From positions 1 through 32,000 of the forward strand of contig NZ_JAPMIW010000016.1 of NCBI RefSeq assembly GCF_033088395.1: a DNA stretch of 32,000 nt, read 5' to 3'. The position numbers and the translations under genes were made by a program. Positions 1-6,618 of the stretch are shown piece after piece; the stretch's first letter is position 1; each line of letters starts with the position of its first letter. Origin of the DNA: Sporosarcina sp. GW1-11 (GTDB taxonomy: Bacteria > Bacillota > Bacilli > Bacillales_A > Planococcaceae). Under the pieces are notes generated by a model that worked only from the letters and a program-made list of their open reading frames with translations, was not told the origin of the DNA and made no database searches.

Positions 1-84
1 CCTTCGTTTGGTGAGGGGAAGTAAGTGGCATAGTACGTTGAAGTTTAAAAGTGAATTTTATAACGTTCCAAAGCCTACAAAAAC

Positions 85-512
85 TACACTGCACTCATTA
101 GCGTAGGCACAACTGCGGGGTCGGCCGAAGCCATGAGACAACTAGCGCATTTTGCTTGTTGGCTCATGGCGGGAGGCAATCCCCCACGTGCCGAAGCGAT
201 GATAGAAAACCGACCTTTACTAACTTCAGTATCGATAAAGAGTCGAGCTACGACACAACACAAATTGGTTTTACTATGCGCCAATGCACACCAAAACTAA
301 CTTGTACTCACCAGCGTAGGCACAACTGCGGGGTCAGCCGAAACAAAGAGACAGCTAGCGTGAACTTTCGCTAGTTGGCTCATGGCGGGAGGCAATCCCC
401 CACGTGCCGAAGCGGTGATAGAAAGCTGACCTTTACTAACTTCAGTACCGGAAAAAAGTCGAGCAACGCCCCAACACAAATTGGCTTTATCATGCACCAA
501 TACACACCAAAA
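85..512. repeat. Tandem ~213-bp non-coding repeat: two full head-to-tail copies (about 85-297 and 298-512), plus a possible degenerate partial copy toward the window edge (about 40-84)
   Basis: GCGTAGGCACAACTGCGGGG occurs at 101 and 314 (period 213). An identical core GGCTCATGGCGGGAGGCAATCCCCCACGTGCCGAAGCG occurs at 161-198 and 377-414. The copies differ by scattered substitutions and a 3-nt indel in an internal hairpin. Bases 62-90 resemble the unit tail (ATGCGCCAATGCACACCAAAACTA). Confidence 0.8.
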
Positions 513-539
513 CGTCTTAACCTTCATCCGATCAGCTTC

Positions 540-1169
540 TTACAATGTGTGTAAAAACGCTGTTAAATCTCGTTGATTCTCAGGTGTTACGCCATGCCCA
601 TCAGGATAAGTCTTAAACGTTACATTCGCACCTAATGACTCAAAATATTCTTTGCTTTCTACACCTGACTGAGATGGTATCACGTAGTCATAGTCTCCAT
701 GTGAAATGAATACATGTTGCTTTTCAACCGATTGCTTCACATACTGGCTTTTGACGAAGTCAGGTATATAACCACTTAACGCTACGACGCCGTGAAGTGA
801 TGGAATCAGCGTTAAGCCGAGTGTTTGTGCTAGCACAGCTCCTTGACTGAATCCAACTACAGTTAGACGCGTAGAATCCAAATCATATACATGAACCGCT
901 TCACGAATGAATGATTGGATATAGACAAGAACTTTATCAAACACTTCACGTTCGGGTTTACCTTCTTCTTCAATTGTAAAAAAGGCATATCCAGGTGGCT
1001 GTACGATTGGGCCACGTAGACTAAATATATGATGTGTAGCTGTAAAGTCTTGAACTAGATTTGGCAAGTCTCCTTCATGACTCCCCATACCATGAAGTAA
1101 AAATAATGCTGGTTGCTTCCCCGTACCTGTTGTTGGTGCAGTGTGCTTAAACGTAAATGGTGATTGCAT
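540..1169 (-). CDS. Alpha/beta-hydrolase, phospholipase/carboxylesterase family
   Basis: 209-aa ORF with LLHGMG (oxyanion HG), a nucleophile elbow GFSQGA, then HGDYD and DGHG acid/His motifs. SD AAAGGGGAG lies upstream of the ATG. Confidence 0.85.
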   Translation of the reverse strand: MQSPFTFKHTAPTTGTGKQPALFLLHGMGSHEGDLPNLVQDFTATHHIFSLRGPIVQPPGYAFFTIEEEGKPEREVFDKVLVYIQSFIREAVHVYDLDSTRLTVVGFSQGAVLAQTLGLTLIPSLHGVVALSGYIPDFVKSQYVKQSVEKQHVFISHGDYDYVIPSQSGVESKEYFESLGANVTFKTYPDGHGVTPENQRDLTAFLHTL

Positions 1170-1215
1170 AACCCTTCTCCCCTTTTCTCATCTATGTTTC
1201 TATAGTTTACCATAC

Positions 1216-1245
1216 AAAAAGGGGTAGCAAGAAGCTACCCTTTTT
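1216..1245 (-). terminator. Intrinsic terminator after the ABC exporter operon
   Basis: GGGTAGC/GCTACCC stem (1222-1240) with a 5-nt loop. On the minus strand it is followed by a T-run, immediately after the stop codon at 1245-1247. Confidence 0.7.
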
Positions 1246-1922
1246 CACTCCACTATATAGCCGTCTCGCATCGTAATAATACGATCTGCATACGGCAACA
1301 TCTCTTCGTCATGCGTAACCATCAAAGTTGTTAGATTCAAAGTTCTTGTCAGTTCCTGAAGCAACTCCATCACGCCTTTTGAACGCTTTGTATCAAGACT
1401 CGCTGTCGGTTCATCCGCAAAGAGGATTTTCGGGCGATGAATAATTGCGCGGGCAATCGCCACACGTTGACGCTCCCCTCCTGATAAAGAAGAAGGATAG
1501 GCATCTTTACGATGATTCATATCGACTAGCTCCAAGATCTCTTTTATGGCCTTTGACTGTTCTTTTTTGTTGAATTTCGTTTCCGACACATCAAGCATCA
1601 ACTGTAATTGCTCTTCTACTGTCAAGAAAGGCACTAGATGAGAAGACTGAAAAACGAAACCGAAATCGGTTGCACGTATTTGCCGAATTTCTTCCTGACT
1701 CATTTTCGTCATGTCTTTCCCTTCGAATAAAATCTCGCCGCCAGATGCTCTTTGCAATCCCGCAGCAATCGTTAAGATTGTCGACTTACCGGAACCTGAT
1801 GGACCGACAAGCGCTGTGATCTCGCCTTCTTTCAACGTTAAATTGACGCCTTTCAAGATTTCCTCTTCGATTTCTCCATTAGAAAACGTTTTTTTCACTT
1901 CATCAATAGTAAAGGTAGACAT
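1245..1922 (-). CDS. ABC transporter ATP-binding protein (MacB/LolD-like, partner of the FtsX-type permease)
   Basis: Walker A GPSGSGKST, signature LSGGERQR, Walker B ILFADEPT, H-loop VTHD. Start moved to the internal ATG (MSTFTIDEV) because AAGGAGAG lies 7 nt upstream. The longer track ORF overlaps the permease gene. Confidence 0.9.
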   Translation of the reverse strand: MSTFTIDEVKKTFSNGEIEEEILKGVNLTLKEGEITALVGPSGSGKSTILTIAAGLQRASGGEILFEGKDMTKMSQEEIRQIRATDFGFVFQSSHLVPFLTVEEQLQLMLDVSETKFNKKEQSKAIKEILELVDMNHRKDAYPSSLSGGERQRVAIARAIIHRPKILFADEPTASLDTKRSKGVMELLQELTRTLNLTTLMVTHDEEMLPYADRIITMRDGYIVE

Positions 1923-1923
1923 A

Positions 1924-2955
1924 TTACATCTCTCCTTGCTGAATCGCTTGAAGCGGTTCAATTTTTTTAATTTGGAAACCTGAAATGGTAGCACCGATAA
2001 AACCAACGACTAAAAACACTGCCGATAACGGGAGTACCGTATCCATTGTTAAGTGGAAAGGCATGCCTTCAGGTGCGATGAAACTGAAGACTTGGCTCAG
2101 TACAATGGATAGCGTCAGTGAGATAATCGTAATGACCATCATCTGATACCAAATCATCTTGAACAGTGATATCGTCTTCATTCCGATCGCTTTCAATATT
2201 CCATACAAACCAATTTTCTGGACGTTCATCATATAAAAGAAAATCGCAAACAACATACCGCTAATGATGACGAGGAACCAGACAATCATATTCAGTGACA
2301 TTTGCTCCGCACTATAGCTTGGTATAGCGTTTAAGAACTCTTTATTTGAAAATGAATCCAGTGCGCTTAGGATTGGTGTCTCTTTACCTGGGATAAAAAT
2401 CGTTTGCATTTCCATGACACGATAGATTTCCTGATAATTCGTCATGTTAATGAATGCAACAGGTGCATGACTGAATTTCTGTTGATCGACAAACCCTGTA
2501 ACTACGAATTCACCGCTGAATTGATTGTTTGTCAGAACATCACCAACTTGAATACCTTCTTCTTTAAGCGAGCTATCCAAGACGATCTCGCCTTCTTTGA
2601 TGGCCGGGAACAGTTGCGAATCCGTTGATGTCCCAAACGCGATACTATGCTGTTTATCTTCCGAGTCATTGACGAATCCCATCTGAACGGAGAACGCAGT
2701 TGCATCAGGGTTGTCTATAAGTATTTGCTTCTGCATACCTTCATCTATTTTTGACAAGTTATACGTTTCGTTTGCATCCTTATTCAAGTAAAACTCACCT
2801 GTAGGTAAATCTTTGATAAGGGCTGCGTTGTCTTGGGATAGTCCGTTTGCCAATCCAGAAATAATGAACGTTAGGAAACTGACGAGGAATATAATCGAGC
2901 CGAGTATTAGAAATTTCGCTTTGCTTTTCTTCATTTCTTTCCATGCGATTTTCAT
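1924..2955 (-). CDS. ABC transporter permease, FtsX/MacB family (N-terminal TM, large extracytoplasmic domain, C-terminal 3-TM FtsX module)
   Basis: 343 aa from MKIAWKEMKKSK (GGAGG 8-9 nt upstream). Hydrophobic segment FLILGSIIFLVSFLTFIISGL, then a ~200-aa polar domain, then three hydrophobic helices. The stop is 1 nt from the ATPase start. Confidence 0.8.
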   Translation of the reverse strand: MKIAWKEMKKSKAKFLILGSIIFLVSFLTFIISGLANGLSQDNAALIKDLPTGEFYLNKDANETYNLSKIDEGMQKQILIDNPDATAFSVQMGFVNDSEDKQHSIAFGTSTDSQLFPAIKEGEIVLDSSLKEEGIQVGDVLTNNQFSGEFVVTGFVDQQKFSHAPVAFINMTNYQEIYRVMEMQTIFIPGKETPILSALDSFSNKEFLNAIPSYSAEQMSLNMIVWFLVIISGMLFAIFFYMMNVQKIGLYGILKAIGMKTISLFKMIWYQMMVITIISLTLSIVLSQVFSFIAPEGMPFHLTMDTVLPLSAVFLVVGFIGATISGFQIKKIEPLQAIQQGEM

Positions 2956-3006
2956 GCCTTCCGCCTCCATGTTTTTTCTTGATATGTGTAGTTTAACTTG
3001 TGAAGA

Positions 3007-3035
3007 TTAACGGAGGATGAACTGGGTATTACAAT
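3007..3035 (+). promoter_or_regulatory. Candidate sigma-A promoter for the opuF-type operon
   Basis: TTAACG (3007-3012), 17-bp spacer, TACAAT (3030-3035), about 70 nt upstream of the start codon. Confidence 0.35.
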
Positions 3036-3102
3036 AGGTAAGATGTTGATTTTCTATCGGGCTAGCAATGAATTAGAATTGGATATACGAAGGGGTGATG
3101 GA

Positions 3103-4053
3103 ATGATTCGATTTGAGGGAGTTTCGAAAAGTTATGATATGGCACATTTAGTGGTAGAGTCAGTCGATTTGGAAATCAAAAGTGGAGAGTTTCTTGTGTT
3201 GGTCGGGCCGAGCGGTTGTGGAAAAACAACGACACTGAAGATGATTAATCGATTAATTCCGTTGACTAAAGGAACAATCTGGCTGGATGGGAAGCGAATT
3301 AGCGATTATCAGATTGATGAGCTTCGGTGGCAAATCGGCTATGTCTTGCAGCAAATTGCACTGTTTCCGCATATGACGATTGAAGAGAATATTGCCGTCG
3401 TTCCAGAACTTGTTGGCTGGAAGAAGAAACAGATTCGCGAGCGTGTAACGGAATTACTTGAGATGGTCGGGCTCGATCCAGCTGTTTATCGCCACCGTAA
3501 GCCCAATGAATTATCTGGTGGGCAGCAACAACGGGTAGGTGTCGTACGTGCATTGGCCGCGGATCCAGAAATTTTATTGATGGACGAGCCATTTAGCGCG
3601 CTCGATCCAATTAGTCGTGTGAAATTACAAGATGATTTATTGGAGCTACAACGTAGAATCAAAAAGACAATCGTATTTGTTACGCACGATTTGCAAGAGG
3701 CATTTAAATTAGGTGACCGCGTCTGTATCATGAATGAAGGGAAAATTGAGCAAGTCGCAACTCCTCAGGAAATCATGACTAATCCTGCTTCACCTTTTGT
3801 AAAGGAGTTTACAGCTACCGCAGCGGCGTATTCGTTTTCTATTGAAGATCACTTGGAGCCGATACCAGATGGTTATTTACCTTCTTTCGCAATTTCAATC
3901 CACAGCGGCTGGGGGCCCCTTGTTCAATTACTGGCTTCTTCTGAAAAGATCGCAGTCGAGAAAAATGGTGAAGTGGTCGGATTGATTACGCGTGAAGGCG
4001 TTCTTCGTTTTTTAGCAGAGCAATCATTGGAAGGAACGATGCCGAATGAATAA
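3103..4053 (+). CDS. Glycine betaine/choline/carnitine-type ABC importer ATP-binding protein (OpuFA/YehX-like) with a short CBS-like C-terminal tail
   Basis: Walker A GPSGCGKTT, Q-loop, LSGGQQQRVGVVRAL, Walker B LLMDEPFSALD, H-loop VTHD. Start at MIRFEGVSKSY, with GAAGGGGTG upstream. C-terminal IAVEKNGEVVGLITREGVLRFL resembles a single CBS motif. Confidence 0.9.
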   Translation: MIRFEGVSKSYDMAHLVVESVDLEIKSGEFLVLVGPSGCGKTTTLKMINRLIPLTKGTIWLDGKRISDYQIDELRWQIGYVLQQIALFPHMTIEENIAVVPELVGWKKKQIRERVTELLEMVGLDPAVYRHRKPNELSGGQQQRVGVVRALAADPEILLMDEPFSALDPISRVKLQDDLLELQRRIKKTIVFVTHDLQEAFKLGDRVCIMNEGKIEQVATPQEIMTNPASPFVKEFTATAAAYSFSIEDHLEPIPDGYLPSFAISIHSGWGPLVQLLASSEKIAVEKNGEVVGLITREGVLRFLAEQSLEGTMPNE

Positions 4054-5569
4054 TTTCTTAGAGGTTTTTCAAGATCGACGCGGCCAGTTGCTTAGTGCAC
4101 TTATAGAACATATTCAAATTTCATTAATTGCCTTATTGTTTGCGGTACTAATTGCTATTCCATTAGGGATTTATTTGACAAATCGGCGAAAAATAGCGGA
4201 ATCTGTCATCGGTGCTAGTGCAGTTTTGCAGACGATTCCTTCACTCGCTTTGCTAGGTCTTTTAATTCCTCTGTTTGGAATTGGTAAAGTGCCAGCGATT
4301 ATTGCGTTGGTCGCGTATGCGTTGCTACCTATTTTACGTAACACATATACAGGCATTAAAGAAGTGGACCCTTCATTGAAGGAAGCGGCTACCGCAATGG
4401 GAATGAATGCGTGGAAACGATTAGTAAAGGTAGAACTTCCGCTTGCAATGCCTGTCATGATGGCTGGTATTCGAACGTCTATGGTACTCATCATCGGAAC
4501 CGCCACACTCGCTGCATTGATCGGCGCGGGTGGTCTAGGAGATTTGATATTACTAGGGATTGATCGCAATAATCCTTCACTCATTATACTTGGTGCAGTT
4601 CCAGCTGCATTGCTTGCATTATTCTTTGACTTCCTATTAAAAATATTCGAAGGACTTTCATTCAGAAAGGCTATTACTGCTTTCACCGTTTTCGTCATCG
4701 TAGCTGTGCTAATGATTGTCGCTCCTTTACTTGGCGGGAAGTCAAAAGATCATTTAGTAATTGGCGCGAAACTAGGTGCAGAGCCTGAAATTCTTATTAA
4801 TATGTACAAACTGCTAATAGAAGATCAAACCGATTTGACTGTCGAATTAAAACCGGGACTTGGTAAAACTTCATTCGTTTTCAATGCCTTACAGTCTGGA
4901 AGCATTGACCTGTACCCTGAATTCACAGGCACAGCGATATCAGAGTTTCTTAAGGAAGAAGCCGTTAGTAACGATCGTGACGAAGTATACGAGCAGGCCC
5001 GAAAAGGCTTAGAGGAAACATTCGATTTAGCTTTATTGACCCCCATGTCCTTTAACAATACGTATACACTCGCTGTCTCAAAGGCATTCCAAGAGAAATA
5101 TAGACTGAAGACGATATCCGATCTAGGTTCGGTGGTGCAAGCCGTAAATGCAGGTTTTACATTGGAATTCAATGATCGCGAAGATGGCTATCTCGGCATC
5201 CAAAAACTATACGACATCACGTTCCCTTCCGTAAAGACGATGGAACCGAAGTTGCGCTACCAAGCGATTGAATCAGGTGAAATCAATCTGATGGACGCCT
5301 ATTCAACAGACAGTGAACTTCGTGAATACGATATGACGGTGCTCGAGGATGATCAGGAACTATTCCCTCCATACCAAGGCGCACCCCTAATACGAAAAGA
5401 AACATTAGAGAAGTATCCTGAGCTCGAAGATACGCTCAATACACTTGCGGGACTCGTTACGGATGACGAGATGCGTGAAATGAATTACCTAGTGAATGCA
5501 GAAGGTAAAAATGCGGGTGAAGTAGCAGAAGCATTTTTACGGGAGCAGAACTTATTAGAGCAAAAGTAA
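4046..5569 (+). CDS. Fused osmoprotectant ABC permease (N-terminal) plus substrate-binding domain (C-terminal), OpuFB-type
   Basis: 507 aa. The N-terminal ~215 aa are a BPD-type permease with an EAA-like loop (KEAATAMGMNAWKRLVKVELPLA). After one more TM the C-terminal ~280 aa resemble OpuBC/OpuCC-type binding proteins (LVIGAKLGAEPEILINMYKLLIED...YPEFTGTA...LEDDQELFPPYQGAPL). It overlaps the ATPase gene by 8 nt. Confidence 0.88.
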   Translation: MNNFLEVFQDRRGQLLSALIEHIQISLIALLFAVLIAIPLGIYLTNRRKIAESVIGASAVLQTIPSLALLGLLIPLFGIGKVPAIIALVAYALLPILRNTYTGIKEVDPSLKEAATAMGMNAWKRLVKVELPLAMPVMMAGIRTSMVLIIGTATLAALIGAGGLGDLILLGIDRNNPSLIILGAVPAALLALFFDFLLKIFEGLSFRKAITAFTVFVIVAVLMIVAPLLGGKSKDHLVIGAKLGAEPEILINMYKLLIEDQTDLTVELKPGLGKTSFVFNALQSGSIDLYPEFTGTAISEFLKEEAVSNDRDEVYEQARKGLEETFDLALLTPMSFNNTYTLAVSKAFQEKYRLKTISDLGSVVQAVNAGFTLEFNDREDGYLGIQKLYDITFPSVKTMEPKLRYQAIESGEINLMDAYSTDSELREYDMTVLEDDQELFPPYQGAPLIRKETLEKYPELEDTLNTLAGLVTDDEMREMNYLVNAEGKNAGEVAEAFLREQNLLEQK

Positions 5570-5688
5570 TGGCAATAGAATATAAGAATGGACGTCTCCT
5601 GAAGAGTCTGTGTGTTCCGTTGTGAGTATGATGTTTCCTCTAACTCTCTAGCCATTACCCTCGATTTACTTTCACGCAACTATTAAAA

Positions 5689-5728
5689 ACAGTCCCCCAC
5701 AGATTTTATTCTGCGGGGGACTGTTTTG
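5689..5728 (+). terminator. Intrinsic terminator downstream of the opuF-type operon
   Basis: ACAGTCCCCCACAGA / TCTGCGGGGGACTGT 15-bp stem (one mismatch), 6-nt loop, followed by TTTTG. It lies 120 nt after the stop codon. Confidence 0.75.
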
Positions 5729-5876
5729 TATTTACTCTATACCGAAACTACTTCAGGAGAACCTACAAGCGGGTTATCTCTTGACTTCTATGAGCAAAAC
5801 GAAGGGTATTTGGATGAATTAAAAGAATACGATGTAGTGTATTTATTAAGAGCATCATTTGAAAAATAAAAAAGCC

Positions 5877-5902
5877 CGGACAACAAGTGTACTTGTTGTC
5901 CG
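5877..5902. terminator. Bidirectional hairpin terminator (serves yqeY on the minus strand)
   Basis: CGGACAACAAG / CTTGTTGTCCG perfect 11-bp stem with loop TGTA. It is flanked by an A-run (5861-5873) and by TTTT (5906-5909). Confidence 0.8.
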
Positions 5903-5917
5903 AACTTTTCCAACTCA

Positions 5918-6355
5918 TTAGTCCTGCAAATATTCCTTCACTGCTTGCGAAACCGTCTTTCCTTCCGCACGTCCAGCTACTTCTTTCATCACAGTACCGA
6001 TTGCCTGGCCCATTGGCGTATCTTTTGCAACGCCTAGTGACGCAATCAATTCCTTCACTTCGGCCACATTCATCTGCTTTGGCAAATACGATTCAACGAT
6101 GACGATTTTCGCTTTTTCAGCTTCTACGATATCTTCACGATTGGCCTTTTGACCTTCTTCGAGTGACTGTTTCGTCTGCTTCAGTTCACGCTGGACGATT
6201 TTGATCTCTTCTTCTGGCGTCAACTCACGTTTCAATTCAAGCTCTTCATTTTGTAGCCCGGCACGCAATAAATTAATGACACCTTTCTTCATTGTGTCTT
6301 TTTCCTTCATTGCGGTTTTGATATCTGCCATCAAACGTTTTTTTAACTCTGACAT
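5918..6355 (-). CDS. yqeY: GatB/YqeY-domain protein
   Basis: 145 aa, MSELKKRLMADIKTAMKEKD...LLRAGLQNEELE...VIVESYLPKQM...MGQAIGTVMKEVAGRAEGK: the typical YqeY family layout. Confidence 0.85.
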   Translation of the reverse strand: MSELKKRLMADIKTAMKEKDTMKKGVINLLRAGLQNEELELKRELTPEEEIKIVQRELKQTKQSLEEGQKANREDIVEAEKAKIVIVESYLPKQMNVAEVKELIASLGVAKDTPMGQAIGTVMKEVAGRAEGKTVSQAVKEYLQD

Positions 6356-6493
6356 CGAGATCCCTCATTTCTAAAGTGTTATTACTAGTATACAAAAAAG
6401 ACATGCCATCAGTCGCGTTTTCTCACTTCTTGTGAAACTCGGAATGAATTAATCTAATGGTCAATAAGTGGTCGCGAGCAATCTTCCTCTTAA

Positions 6494-6522
6494 TTGACGA
6501 AACGATTGGACTGGTTTACACT
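6494..6522 (+). promoter_or_regulatory. Candidate sigma-A promoter of topB
   Basis: TTGACG (6494-6499), 17-bp spacer, TACACT (6517-6522), about 95 nt upstream of the topB ATG. Confidence 0.5.
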
Positions 6523-6618
6523 TTTTACTAAGTAACTCCTTACGATAGCATAAGGTCACGGACCCCTTATCTACCCAAGGAGTTTTTCGACATGTATAAA
6601 AACAAAGGAGTTCATCAT

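Noticed and set aside
161-240. Superficial resemblance of GGCGGGAGGCAATCCCCCACGTGCC...CCGACC to FMN-riboswitch (RFN) segments, and of GATGATAGAAA to a hammerhead core
   Set aside because: The remaining RFN conserved blocks (for example AGCCCGCGAGC and the GGATG box) are absent. There is no stem II between the CUGAUGA-like and GAAA elements. The element sits 3' of a gene and is tandemly repeated, which does not fit a cis-regulatory riboswitch.
156-374. Plus-strand 72-aa ORF spanning the junction of the two repeat copies
   Set aside because: It has no SD, crosses the repeat boundary, and has no counterpart in the second copy. Chance ORF.
84-527. Minus-strand ORFs 84-284 (66 aa) and 297-527 (76 aa) with similar translated sequences (…ARLF..TEVSKG..SI.ASARGGLPPAMSQ…)
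   Set aside because: Their similarity only reflects the underlying DNA repeat. One starts with TTG and neither has an SD. Differences between the two are mostly non-synonymous. The composition (Ala/Ser/Cys/Pro-rich, no hydrophobic core pattern) does not look protein-like. The only counter-point is that the indel between copies is 3 nt, so it preserves the frame. Treated as non-coding.
4171-4698. Long antisense or alternative-frame ORFs inside confirmed genes (for example 4171-4698, 4825-5172, 8385-8993, 15166-15525, 16426-16791, 18700-19131, 20268-20780, 21751-22182)
   Set aside because: They lie fully within strongly supported genes on the opposite strand, lack SDs, and have low-complexity Ser/Pro/Ala/Ile-rich composition typical of shadow ORFs.
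5687-5869. Stop-to-stop open frame ending ...SGLSLDFYEQNEGYLDELKEYDVVYLLRASFEK, lying between two terminators
   Set aside because: It has no ATG. The only possible start is a TTG inside the terminator stem, with no SD. It may be the C-terminal relic of a decayed gene, but I cannot support a family assignment.
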